DNA of 64,000 bases from Nitrosopumilaceae archaeon (GCA_965207375.1 OZ242274.1:1888001-1952000); one strand, 5' to 3'. Positions 43,641 to 54,543 are shown, counted from the stretch's first letter. The notes: generated by a model not told the origin, from the sequence alone. Program-made: numbers and translations.

Positions 43641-45221
43641 ATGTCTGCAAGTCCGGATTTTCAAAGAGCGTGCAATGAAATCACACAGAGTCTACTGCTA
43701 GTAGAAAACCCTTCAAAAAGCCAGGTAAAAGCAAAGATAAAAAAAGTTTGTTCAAAATATGCACTAGATAGAATTCCTAAAAATTATGAGATTTTGGCAA
43801 AAGCATCAGGGGACGATTTTGTAAAGCTGCAGACTATTCTGCTAAGAAAGCCTGTCAAGACTGCATCGGGAGTAGCAGTTGTGGCACTGATGCCAAAACC
43901 GTATGCCTGCCCACATGGAAGGTGCTCATATTGTCCAGGAGGAATAGAGTTTAACACGCCAAATAGCTACACAGGAGACGAGCCTGCCACAATTAATGCA
44001 ATGCAAAACAATTATGATCCTAAAACACAAATCACTACAAAAATTGAAAAGCTGATTGCATACGGACACGATCCGACCAAATTAGAGCTAGTAATTGTAG
44101 GTGGAACGTTTTTGTTTATGCCACAAGACTATAGAACAAATTTCATAAAGTTATGCTACGATGCATTAAACGGGTTTGAGTCAAAAACCCTACAAGATGC
44201 AAAGAATGCAAATCAGCTCGCACAAATAAGAAATGTAGGCTTTACGATTGAAACAAAGCCGGACTATTGCAAGGTACAGCATGTCAATGACATGCTAGAG
44301 TACGGAGTAACAAGAATAGAAATCGGAGTTCAGAGTCTACAGCAAAGAGTGTACAGAATCGTAAACAGGGGCCATGATTTTAATGATGTCACAGAATCGT
44401 TTCAAATTTCAAAGGATGCAGGATATAAAATAGCAGCACACATGATGCCTGGGTTGCCAACTATGACTCCCAAAGACGACATTGCAGATTTTAAAAGACT
44501 GTTCAATGATACAATGCTAAAACCTGACATGCTCAAGATATATCCCGCACTTGTCTTAGAAAATACTCCAATGTATAAAGACTACAAGGCAGGAAACTAC
44601 AAACCATATTCAGATGAGGATATGATTGAGGTATTGACAAGGGTCAAAGAAATGGTTCCAAGATGGGTAAGGATCATGAGGGTTCAAAGAGAAATCTCAT
44701 CAAATCAAATACTAGCAGGTCCAAAATCAGGCAACCTCAGACAAATTGTACACAAAAATTTGCACAGGAATGGAAAATCATGTAAATGCATAAGGTGCAG
44801 AGAGGCAGGTCTCTCAAATGAACCGATCCACTCTGAAATCAAAATGAACCGCATCAATTACAACTCGTCTGGAGGAGAGGAGGTCTTTTTGTCATATGAT
44901 GACTGTAATGATAAAATCTACGGATTTTTGAGATTGCGAAGGCCAAGCAGACAGGCACACAGAAACGAAATAACCCAAAAATCTACACTAGTCAGAGAAC
45001 TACACGTTTATGGAAAATCATTAAAGATTGGTAAAAAGGACAAAGACAGTATACAGCATTCAGGACTAGGAAAAAATCTCATGAGTGAGGCAGAAAAAAT
45101 TTCCAAAGAAGAGTTTGATGCAGATAAAATTCTAGTTACAAGTGCGGTAGGTACAAGACAGTATTATCAAAAAATAGGATACACATTACAAGGTCCATAT
45201 ATGGTAAAAAAATTGAGTTAA
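43641..45221 (+). CDS. elp3: tRNA uridine(34) acetyltransferase Elp3
   Basis: CPHGRCSYC radical SAM motif; RELHVYG, QHSGLG GNAT. Confidence 0.96.
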   Translation: MSASPDFQRACNEITQSLLLVENPSKSQVKAKIKKVCSKYALDRIPKNYEILAKASGDDFVKLQTILLRKPVKTASGVAVVALMPKPYACPHGRCSYCPGGIEFNTPNSYTGDEPATINAMQNNYDPKTQITTKIEKLIAYGHDPTKLELVIVGGTFLFMPQDYRTNFIKLCYDALNGFESKTLQDAKNANQLAQIRNVGFTIETKPDYCKVQHVNDMLEYGVTRIEIGVQSLQQRVYRIVNRGHDFNDVTESFQISKDAGYKIAAHMMPGLPTMTPKDDIADFKRLFNDTMLKPDMLKIYPALVLENTPMYKDYKAGNYKPYSDEDMIEVLTRVKEMVPRWVRIMRVQREISSNQILAGPKSGNLRQIVHKNLHRNGKSCKCIRCREAGLSNEPIHSEIKMNRINYNSSGGEEVFLSYDDCNDKIYGFLRLRRPSRQAHRNEITQKSTLVRELHVYGKSLKIGKKDKDSIQHSGLGKNLMSEAEKISKEEFDADKILVTSAVGTRQYYQKIGYTLQGPYMVKKLS

Positions 45222-45223
45222 AA

Positions 45224-46807
45224 ATGTCAGAACAAAAGATTATCGGCAAAGGCACATGGATTGACAAATTAGCACAGGAGCTGATACAGCGCGAAAAGAG
45301 TTTGGGCCGGAGCTTGGAACTCTTGCGTGTGGAAAGTGGGCTAGGCGCATCAGGAATTCCGCACATTGGAAGCTTGGGAGATGCAGCAAGGGCGTTTGGT
45401 GTAAAATTGGCATTGGAAAATATGGGTTACAAATCAGAGCTGATTGCATATTCAGATGATTTAGACGGCCTTAGAAAAATTCCCGAAGGGTTTCCGGATT
45501 CATTGGAGGAACACATTGCAAAACCCGTATCAATGATTCCAGATCCGTTTGGATGTCATGATTCATACGGAATGCACATGAGTGGTCTGCTCCTAGAAGG
45601 GTTGGATAAAATCGGAATAAAGTACAAATTTCAAAGGGCTCTAGACACATACAGGCAGGGACTGCTTGAAGAACAAATCCATCAAATTCTAACCAATAGA
45701 AAAAGCATTGGAGAACAGATTGCAAAAATGGTAGGCCAGCAAAAATATCAAAAATATCTTCCATATTATCCGGTTTGTGCAAACTGTGGAAAACTATACA
45801 CTGCAGAGTCTTATGATTATACAGAGAAACGTACAGTAAAGTACAGATGTCACGATACAGAGATTGGCTCAAAAATCATACGCGGCTGCAATCACGAAGG
45901 TGAATCAGATATTTCAAAGGATTTGGGAAAGCTTGCATGGAAGGTGGAATTTGCAGCAAGATGGAATGTATTTGATATAAGATTTGAGGCATATGGCAAA
46001 GACATTATGGATTCAGTCAAAGTAAATGACTGGGTAGCAGAAAAAATACTAGGATTTGCACACCCTCACCATGTAAAGTATGAGATGTTTTTAGACAAGG
46101 GAGGCAAAAAGATTTCAAAGTCGTTGGGAAATGTGATAACTGCTCAGAAATGGCTCAGATACGGTTCACCAAAATCGATACTTTTACTATTATACAAAAG
46201 AATTACAGGGGCAAGAGAATTGGGATTTGATGACATTCCGTCACTGATGGATGAGTACAATGAACTAGAGGATGTTTATTTTGGAAGGATTAAGCTGGAC
46301 AATCAGGCAAAACTGATAAAATCAAAGGGATTATACGAGTATGTTAACTTGTTAAATCCGCCAAAAACTGCAGAACAGCATATAAGTTTTAGATTGCTAA
46401 TTGAGCTATCAAAGATATTCAAAGAGGACAGGACACAGCATATAGTCAAAAAGCTTGTAGATTATAAAACAATACAAAAGCAAGACGCACACGTTGAGCA
46501 ATTAATCAGACTAGCAGGAAATTATGCAGATGACTTTGATGATAAGCAACAGCAGGAGATAGAAATTGCCTCACAGGTCAAAGTTGCATTAGAGGAGATA
46601 GTAGAAACACTTGAGAGTCAAGAACCCCAAGACATGCAAAATGCAATATATCAGGCTGCCAAAAAAAATGACGTGCCACCAAAAGACCTCTTTAAGATAC
46701 TGTACCAGATAATTTTAGGAACTAGCAGGGGTCCAAAGATAGGCCCATTTATTTTGGATGTAGGGTGTAAAAAAGTGGGGGAAATGATACGAGTTCATTT
46801 GAAATGA
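45224..46807 (+). CDS. lysS: Lysine--tRNA ligase, class I
   Basis: SGIPHIGS, KISKSLGN, GPKIG. Confidence 0.96.
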   Translation: MSEQKIIGKGTWIDKLAQELIQREKSLGRSLELLRVESGLGASGIPHIGSLGDAARAFGVKLALENMGYKSELIAYSDDLDGLRKIPEGFPDSLEEHIAKPVSMIPDPFGCHDSYGMHMSGLLLEGLDKIGIKYKFQRALDTYRQGLLEEQIHQILTNRKSIGEQIAKMVGQQKYQKYLPYYPVCANCGKLYTAESYDYTEKRTVKYRCHDTEIGSKIIRGCNHEGESDISKDLGKLAWKVEFAARWNVFDIRFEAYGKDIMDSVKVNDWVAEKILGFAHPHHVKYEMFLDKGGKKISKSLGNVITAQKWLRYGSPKSILLLLYKRITGARELGFDDIPSLMDEYNELEDVYFGRIKLDNQAKLIKSKGLYEYVNLLNPPKTAEQHISFRLLIELSKIFKEDRTQHIVKKLVDYKTIQKQDAHVEQLIRLAGNYADDFDDKQQQEIEIASQVKVALEEIVETLESQEPQDMQNAIYQAAKKNDVPPKDLFKILYQIILGTSRGPKIGPFILDVGCKKVGEMIRVHLK

Positions 46808-47013
46808 AAATGGCGCACAATCAACACAACAAATCAAAAAGCGGTGGCGGATTTTTCCTGATATTGCTTGGGGCATTAATTTTCATTACCGCGCCAATTT
46901 ATTTACAGGACAATCCAGAACTAGGATTTGCAGCAATTGCATTTGGATTTTGTGTGGGAGGAATTGGGTTTTACATAAAGTTTCTAAAATACAGGGTAAA
47001 GGCAGGACAGTGA
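46804..47013 (+). CDS. Small two-TM membrane protein
   Basis: Two hydrophobic helices; ATGA overlap with lysS. Confidence 0.7.
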   Translation: MKMAHNQHNKSKSGGGFFLILLGALIFITAPIYLQDNPELGFAAIAFGFCVGGIGFYIKFLKYRVKAGQ

Positions 47014-47017
47014 TACT

Positions 47018-47725
47018 ATGAAATTTTTTAGTAGAAAAAAGCAAAATGTATCTGAAGAAGCAGAAATTCAGGAGGATTCTCAAAAAGAGGAGTTAGAATC
47101 AGAGTTGGAAAAAATTGAGGAAAATATCAGACAGAAAAATCAGCAATTAAAAGGCATCACATCAAAGCTTGCAGATGTAAAAAAAGAGTACGATGTAGCA
47201 GTCTCAGCACTGATGACAGTAAAAAAAGAGTCAAATGAGAAAAAAAATCACATAGAGTCACTTGAAAGACAGCAAAGAGTGTCAAAGTCAAAGGCTATAG
47301 AGGCTCAAAGGCAATACGACCATGAAAAGATCAAAATCAACGAGGTCCAAAAGACTCGTGCAAGTCTTGAGCAGACAAAAAAAGATATCGAGTTGGGCAA
47401 GAAAAATCATTTAAAAATTCAAGGTGAAATCACAGAGGCACAGACTAGATTAAATGATATAAACGTAAAGCGTATAGATGCAGAGAACAAATATCAGGAA
47501 ATTCTTGCCAAAATTGACGGCGCAGACATTAAAGAAAAACCAGATGTCAAGACATTAACTGAAAAAGTGCCCAAAAATGTTGTAGAGGCTGCTAGTGCAG
47601 TTGTTGCATCAATGAAAACCAGATTAAACATTGCTCAGAAAGAGCTAGAGGTAGTAAAACGATTGTTAGAAAAGGAACGAATCGAACACCAAAAAACAAA
47701 AGATATGCTAAAGTCAGAGAAATGA
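47018..47725 (+). CDS. Coiled-coil protein
   Basis: E/K/Q-rich heptads throughout. Confidence 0.8.
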   Translation: MKFFSRKKQNVSEEAEIQEDSQKEELESELEKIEENIRQKNQQLKGITSKLADVKKEYDVAVSALMTVKKESNEKKNHIESLERQQRVSKSKAIEAQRQYDHEKIKINEVQKTRASLEQTKKDIELGKKNHLKIQGEITEAQTRLNDINVKRIDAENKYQEILAKIDGADIKEKPDVKTLTEKVPKNVVEAASAVVASMKTRLNIAQKELEVVKRLLEKERIEHQKTKDMLKSEK

Positions 47726-47776
47726 CACGAGATATATTTGAAGATATAAGACAGATTGGACAAAAGTAATCGACTA

Positions 47777-49089
47777 TAGCAGATCTAACTAATAATCGAT
47801 AGCAAATTTGTCAATTAAAGTCAACTAAAAGATCTATATGTCGATCTTGTTCCAAGATGGTTACAATGGATAAATTCCTACCAGATACAAACATGAAGAA
47901 ATTGTACAAACTCAAAAAAGAAGAAGAAAATCCAAAGGTTGTACAGAGAATTACTGCATACATGTTAAAAAAGGAGGGCAAAACATTGTGGGAAATTTCA
48001 AATTCCATAAAGATACCGTACACCACGGTTCAAAATTGGATAGACAGAATCAACAAGGAAGGCATTGATGCTAGATACGATAAGAAGCAACCTGGTGCAC
48101 AGTGTAAGCTGGACAAGAAGCAGATAAACAAGCTAATACGTGATTTGAAAAAAGGACCACAAAAATGTGGTTATGATACTAATTTGTGGACATCACCCAT
48201 AATACAAAGACACATCAAAAAAATATTCAAGACAGATTACAATGTAAGTTCGGTATGGGCATTGATCACTAGACTTGATCTTCATCTAGTTGCACCTAGA
48301 CCTAGAAACGACAAGGCAGCAACCCTGAGGAAATCGCAGTGTTCAAAAAAAAAGCTCACCGCAAGGTAAAATACTATAGCGACAAAGGACACACAATTAT
48401 GACCATGGATGCTGCTCACAAGCTGGTGGCATCAGTGCCCAAAAAGGGCTGGTTTTTTGAAAAACGTCCTGTATTTATCACAGGCAAGAAAAAACCAAAG
48501 AAAAAATCCGCAAAAAATAAATCTAAAAAATCCAAGAGTCTCACGATTATAGGTGCTATTGGCGCAGAGAAAGAATATTACTTTAGGTTTTACGATACAG
48601 GAAACTGGGTTAACGTGGAAAACTTTTTGCAGGGTGTACACAAGAAATTCGGCAAGGTTCTGATGTTTATGGACAATGCAGCTTATCACAAAAAAGATGA
48701 GCTAAAACGTATCACAAGGGAGACAGGTGGTCAGATGCAGTTTGAGTTTTATCTAAAATATACTCCTGAACTCAATCCGATTGAGCCTGAATGGTCGGTC
48801 ATGAAAAAGAGTATTGCAGGTATTATAGCTACAAATGCTGAGCTCAAACGTATCATAGCTCGATCAATAAAAAACAAAACTATTCCAATAGTAAAAATGT
48901 TCGACTATTTGATACCGTAATTTTGTTCTTTGATTCTTTTGTTTGTAACTATCAGATAATATGCTGTAATATTTTGTGCATTTCATGTTTAGTTGCTTTG
49001 ATCGCAACTGTTGCAAGTGTCAATGTCAGGTCACGACTTTGTTTTTTAAAATATGTAGAAAAACTATTGATTATTAGTTAGATCTGCTA
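47777..49089 (+). mobile_element. IS630-family element (1313 bp), split transposase 47857-48920
   Basis: 26-bp TIR TAGCAGATCTAACTAATAATC(G/A)ATAG; TA duplication in a CTAG target; HTH ORF plus DDE ORF (DNAAYH, PELNPIE) in the -1 frame. Confidence 0.93.
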
Positions 49090-49158
49090 TAGTTCAGGTA
49101 TGATGTAAATCATGACGGCAAAAGATTAGAAATGTCAAAAGCGCCTTTGTCAAAATAG

Positions 49159-49614
49159 TTAATCACAAAGTCTTTTTGTCCATATTTTACGAATCTGTTG
49201 TTCTGAAAATCCCAGGTCATACAGTGGAGAGACTATAACACTTACGTGTACAACAGATACCAAAACTAGTCCCAAAATGTCACTTTTTATACCTAGATTT
49301 TTATAAAACAGAATAATTTTTTCATAAAGATCATTTTGCTTGAGAATTTTTCCTGTACCCTTAAAGCGATACCCACGTCGCAAAACAGGATCAATTACAT
49401 TGATTTCTAATTTGGGATTAGATTGTAGGTTTTTCATTGTTTGAGGGGAACGGATATTTGCAAAGATTAGATGAGAGTCGTCCCAGACAAAAATCGTGCC
49501 CTTGGGAGAAAGATTCGGAGTACCATCAACTGAAACGGTAGCAACATAGCCTAGTTTTTGTTTTAAGAGAAAATTCCTTATGACACCATCAAGCAACACA
49601 GAAAATATTGACAA
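49159..49614 (-). CDS. Pyridoxamine 5'-phosphate oxidase-like FMN-binding protein
   Basis: VATVSVDGTPNLSPKG, RRGYRFKG. Confidence 0.88.
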   Translation of the reverse strand: MSIFSVLLDGVIRNFLLKQKLGYVATVSVDGTPNLSPKGTIFVWDDSHLIFANIRSPQTMKNLQSNPKLEINVIDPVLRRGYRFKGTGKILKQNDLYEKIILFYKNLGIKSDILGLVLVSVVHVSVIVSPLYDLGFSEQQIRKIWTKRLCD

Positions 49615-49636
49615 TCATACCTAAATAAAGTTGGAA

Positions 49637-49735
49637 TTATCTCATCAGTTCTGCTGCAACACCATAAAAGAAGTAAAATGCTATTCCTCCTCCAATTATT
49701 CCGACCCAGATTGCTATATTTTTGGCATTGGCCAT
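49637..49735 (-). CDS. Putative 32-aa single-TM microprotein
   Basis: Hand translation MANAKNIAIWVGIIGGGIAFYFFYGVAAELMR. Confidence 0.55.
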   Translation of the reverse strand: MANAKNIAIWVGIIGGGIAFYFFYGVAAELMR

Positions 49736-49772
49736 AGAAAAAATCAAAACAGGTCATTATTGAATGTAGCAG

Positions 49773-49883
49773 TTACTTCCTGCATGTATCGTGCTTTTTG
49801 CCAATGTGTCTTGCCAATCTAATCACATCATCATCAAAATTCTGTCCGCAAAACAGGCACCGGAATTTGAGTTTTTCAGACAC
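49773..49883 (-). CDS. Putative 36-aa C2H2-type Zn-finger microprotein
   Basis: Hand translation (GTG start) MSEKLKFRCLFCGQNFDDDVIRLARHIGKKHDTCRK. Confidence 0.6.
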   Translation of the reverse strand: MSEKLKFRCLFCGQNFDDDVIRLARHIGKKHDTCRK

Positions 49884-49965
49884 AAAATCTCACCGGTAAA
49901 ATGATTTAAAAAATTTTCAGAGTCTGATGACAAAAGATTCGGGATTTGATCAGTGCAGTAACCTA

Positions 49966-50032
49966 GCAGGACTAAATTATCTAGAAGATATGGTAAAATA
50001 CCTCTAGAGACGTAAAAGCCACGTTAACACTT
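49966..50032 (+). mobile_element. Remnant 3' end of the IS66-family element
   Basis: Near-identical to the reverse complement of 51779-51845 (transposase stop plus TIR). Confidence 0.8.
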
Positions 50033-50376
50033 GGATTCTCCAGTGTTAATCAGTAGATGGAAAAACCTATCAAAAAAGTGAAAAATGGACACATTTTGAC
50101 ATGAAATTGAATTATTTTTGATCTACGGATCTAAAAGGATGGTGAGCCTACCCACTTTAGTGCGTAGTGATTTTAAAAAAGAATGGAACCCAAATTCCTG
50201 AAAAAAAGAGCCTGCATGCCCATATCTTGGGCCAAATTGGACAGGAATGTGCCTGCTTAGTTGCATTTTTGTCATATTTGGTAACGTATGGGATCAAAGA
50301 AATTAGAACTTGCGATACAAAAGATGACGTGCCTAGAAGCAATTATGACAAAGCATCCAAAGGCACATCAAGATAC

Positions 50377-50485
50377 ACTTGATAATGCCATATTTAACTG
50401 CCCATGTTGTGAGCGTATTGTTTTCAATGTACTATCTAGCAGACTTTTACTTGATAATGCCATATTTAACTGCCCATGTTGTGAG
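50377..50485. repeat. 37-bp direct repeat pair separated by 35 bp
   Basis: acttgataatgccatatttaactgcccatgttgtgag at 50377-50413 and 50449-50485. Confidence 0.95.
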
Positions 50486-50496
50486 GCCGATATTTT

Positions 50497-51585
50497 ATGA
50501 AGCCATCCTCAGGGGTAAAGAGAGGAATAGAGTTTCTCAAAGGTACCACTACATCTGAGATGGAATATCGTCTAAAGGCAGAGCATTCAGGTAAGTCACG
50601 TGAGCGACTACAGGCAGCACTGCTGCGTAGACAGGGCCAAGACCTAGAATCTATACGTAAAATCCTAGGACGAGGTAAGGGCAGCATCTCAAGATGGCTC
50701 AACAGAATGCAAAAAGAAGGACCTGATGCGATACTTGACGGTAAGAGTACAGGAAGACCCTGCAAGCTCTCAAAGGTACAACAGGAGGCAGTCAAGATAT
50801 CTCTTGCCCAAGATCCAATGAGCAGCGGTTTTGAGCGCTCAAACTGGACTGCTAGATTGCTTGGAGTACACATTGAGAACAATTACGATATACGATACAG
50901 TGCATCAGGAGCTCTTGCACTTGCATATGGCATGGGCTATTCCATCAGGGTGCCTAGATCCGTACCATACAATACACCTGACAAGGAGACAATTGACAAA
51001 TACGTGTCAAACACCATACAAGCAATTACGTCACATGCATCTGCTGATTATGCCATATATTGTTTGGATGCTGCAGGATTTGTCGACTCGCCGTTTTCTG
51101 CTCGTGGGATTCGTCCCATAGGTGGACATGAAACAGTAAAGTCTAACTTTAAGACTGCTACCACAAAGGCAATAGGCGCACTCGGTCAAGACGGACTAGT
51201 CTTGGATTTTTATGACGATGTTGGATCTGATAGTGTCATAGATTTACTTGAACAGATACGTAAAAAACACGGCAGAGTCTTTGTAATATGTGATAATGCA
51301 AGTGGCCACAAATCCAAAAAAATCAAAGAGTATTTGGAAAAGGCATGCGGTGATGTTGTCCTGTGGTACCTTCCCCCGTACACCCCACAACACAATCCAA
51401 TAGAGATGATGTGGCGTGAGATAAAGAGGGCCATTGCAGGAAGATACTTTGGCAGCTTTGAAAAGATGCATGATACCATAAAACAACTCATAAAATCAGG
51501 TGAGGTGGCAACTGTAAAGCTGTTCAAATACATGCTTGATGCAATAGATCAGGCCAAAAACGTCCTTCAGACATCTGTAATCTGA
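50497..51585 (+). CDS. IS630-family transposase (single ORF)
   Basis: HTH, GRPCKL, WT, DNASGH, LPPYTPQHNPIE. Confidence 0.92.
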   Translation: MKPSSGVKRGIEFLKGTTTSEMEYRLKAEHSGKSRERLQAALLRRQGQDLESIRKILGRGKGSISRWLNRMQKEGPDAILDGKSTGRPCKLSKVQQEAVKISLAQDPMSSGFERSNWTARLLGVHIENNYDIRYSASGALALAYGMGYSIRVPRSVPYNTPDKETIDKYVSNTIQAITSHASADYAIYCLDAAGFVDSPFSARGIRPIGGHETVKSNFKTATTKAIGALGQDGLVLDFYDDVGSDSVIDLLEQIRKKHGRVFVICDNASGHKSKKIKEYLEKACGDVVLWYLPPYTPQHNPIEMMWREIKRAIAGRYFGSFEKMHDTIKQLIKSGEVATVKLFKYMLDAIDQAKNVLQTSVI

Positions 51586-51776
51586 AAAACATATCAGGAT
51601 TTCAAGGGTTGTCTTTTCAGGGTAACCTAAGCTCAAAACTGCACCAATATGCCAAAACATGCCACAACATGTTTGATTTTATGAATTTGCCCATATTCTG
51701 TCATGATTTTGCGTTTTGCCTGTGGCTGAAATCTACTAGCACAGGCTACAGCCAAAAAGCGTTCCATTCTTTTTTG

Positions 51777-53304
51777 GTAAGTGTTAACGTGGTTTTTACG
51801 TCTCTAGAGGTATTTTGCCATCTCTTCTAGATAATTTAATCCAGCATTTCTCCAAGTCATCACACATGAAAACAAATTGCCCAATGTCTCCATGCTTTTT
51901 TCGGATCTGATTCCACCACGTATTTTTCTGTGTACAACAATCTCACGCAGTGCACGTTCTGCTGTATTGTTGGTAGGAGGTATGGTAGGATCCAGCACAA
52001 ACCTGAACAGGTTTGGTAGGGCTCGTCCCAGCTTTCCCATGAATCTTTTGAGATTGTGCAATGGAGTGTATGTGTTAATAATTCTCTTTACACGACGATA
52101 CAGATTGCGCCGTATTTTTTTGCGCCGTTTATACGAGATACGTGCAGTTATGGTATCTTTTGCATCTTCATATATTTTCTTGAGAGCCTCTTGTGCACCC
52201 AGACATTTTTTACATCCACATTTTTGTGTCTCGTGGTGCATCTCACGCATGATGTGAGCCCAACATCTCTGGATATCATATACCATGTACGGTTTGTGTC
52301 CGTCACAGATGATTGTTCCCTTCCAGTCATCTCCTAGTATCTCTTCGAGTACGTCTCTTCCCCTGCTAGGCCGTACCACATACAGTGCAGTATTTGTACC
52401 TGGAATGTAAAATACCCACGCCCATACGTTTTTGCCGTTTAGATGTATTGATGTCTCATCTATGTGTAACAGGACTGCAGCCCTGATTGCCTTTAGGAGT
52501 TGTTTTGTGGGTGCCGTTAGGCACGCACCAACCATGGTTATTATGTTGTGTGCAGAAGCTGGAGATATTTTGATTCCCCTCAAGGTCAGTGCTTCTGCGT
52601 TTCTGCGATGAGGTAGTCTGTCGATATAATTTGCTACTGCCTGTGTTACTATATTGTTGCCATAATTGCCTTTTGTAGGAAAATCAGTCTCTGGGATTAT
52701 GTCTTTTTTGCCACAGTTTTTGCATGAGCACAAATCTACATGATGACGTGTTGTTTCAGGTTGTACCTGTGGCGGTACTTCTGTAATGTCACGTATCTGT
52801 GTTTTGATAATTTTAAGATCTTTTGAGCCACACTCTGGACATTTTGCTGGCGTGTGTTGTTTGAATTTTGTAGGTTTTGGCTTGCTTGTTGCACCTTTGT
52901 GTCCCTTTGGTGCTCCTCGCTCACCTGTTGTTTTCTTGTTTTTATCCTTGTTTTTATTATCAGTTTTCTTCTTTTCTGGCATCTTGCGTGATGGTGGAGT
53001 GTGTGCGTTATCATAAAATTGGAGTTTTTTATTAAGATCAGTGGCAATAGTTTTCAAATTGTGTATGTTGTTTTCTAACTCCTTTACTAGATCTTTTAGT
53101 TTTTTTTCGTTGTCATCTTTTTTTTGGATCATGGCATCTTTCAACTCCATCATCTGTTCGAGTTTTAGATTCTTAGTTCGTTCGGCTTTGTAGAGTTTTT
53201 TGAAATCTGTCAATGTATGGTTTGGCTATTTGACCTCATTTAGATCATGTTGCCAAAAATTTGATCGTAAATGGTCAAAATCTAGGCACGACGTAAACAC
53301 TTAC
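51777..53304 (-). mobile_element. IS66-family single-ORF element (1528 bp), transposase 51804-53213
   Basis: GTAAGTGTT termini; 8-bp TSD CTTTTTTG; HIDET, QRCWAH, PTNNTAERALR. Confidence 0.93.
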
Positions 53305-53320
53305 CTTTTTTGCGATTACT

Positions 53321-54486
53321 ATGCGTCAACAAAAAAGTGGGCAAACACACCGAAGAGAGATTGGTACGAGGATCTTTAATATCTTCTCAAACACACTGGA
53401 AACTGCAGGTATATCATTTGGTACAGCAGACAATACAAAATACGACCTACCAAATTTTACAACAATGCTAACTGAAATGAGTCGTTCTCGCATCACTGCA
53501 GAATCAGTAGCTGTAGATTTTGAAACGAACAAAGATGCACTAGGTGGAAAATGGATACGCAGCATGATAAATGATATGAGTTCTGATCAGGCAGAACATG
53601 TCTGCAATGAAATGTTACGCCAGACATCACGACCTGCAATAAAAGCAATAATTCACAAAACAGACACACGGGTTGCAATAGACAAACATCTCATACCGCG
53701 TTACGACAAGGGCAATTTGGCTTATCTTATACGGTCCAAATCATACAAGGGCACCACCAAGTTTGAGGCTTATGCGACCATGCAGATAGTAGCTAAAGAT
53801 GAAAACCCACCCTAGACTGTGTTCCAATAACCCGAGACGATTCTGATGTCGATTTCGTGCGTAGATTTACCAAAAATCTACAAAAATACAAGATTCATCC
53901 ACGCCTTTTGCTGTTAGACAGGGAATTTTTCTCAGTAGAGGTCATGGAATCCCTGTACGAAAATCAGCATACGTTTCTTATGCCAGCAGTAAAAAACGCT
54001 ATAATCAAAAAGAACATTATAAAATTCCACGATGGAAAAGCAGAGGCAGTATCGTCTCATACTATGAAAAACAAAGATGGACAAGAATTTACCTTTACTC
54101 TAGTTATCAGAAAATCCAAAAAGTATGATGATCCTGATACAAAAATAATTGAAAAGTATGTAGTCTTTGCCACCAATTTATCACATGAGCGTGCCATCAA
54201 AGAGATTGAGATGCTGCCAAAGGCATATCGTCGTAGGTGTGGAATAGAGACAGGCTACAGACAGCTAGAACAATTCAGACCTAGAACCAGTAGTCGCAAT
54301 CATCTGTTTCGGATTTTTCTGTTTTTTATTTCCGTTTTCATGCGCAACATGCGGGCATTGACTCGATATGATGAGGTCACACAGTCAAGTATTACAATGA
54401 GGCAAATAATTGGTGCAGTTATGATGTGTGCTGTACAATATATCAGAATTGTTGTAATGCAGTATGATGTAGGTGGTGCAGAATAG
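53321..54486 (+). pseudogene. ISH3-family transposase, frameshifted near 53810
   Basis: AIDKHLIPRYD then LLDREFF and YRRRCGIETGYR in a different frame; homologous to 18090-19262. Confidence 0.88.
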
Positions 54487-54543
54487 TGGGTGAATTTCCA
54501 TCTACTGGTCAACACTAATATTACAAAATATCATAAAGTAATT

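Larger units (their letters stand above)
50167..53319 (+). mobile_element. IS630-family element (about 1617 bp native) with IS66 inside its right TIR
   Basis: Ends TA-GTGATTTTAAAAAAGAATGGAAC and GTTCCATTCTTTTTTGCGATTAC-TA. Confidence 0.88.
50051..54507 (+). mobile_element. ISH3-family element (about 1302 bp native) carrying nested IS630 and IS66
   Basis: 13-bp TIR CAGTAGATGGAAA / TTTCCATCTACTG; transposase starts at 50139 and resumes at 53321; no matching TSD. Confidence 0.85.

Noticed and set aside
50377-50485. Calling the 37-35-37 unit a CRISPR array
   Set aside because: Only two repeats, no typical repeat terminus, leader or cas gene; kept as a repeat and an open finding
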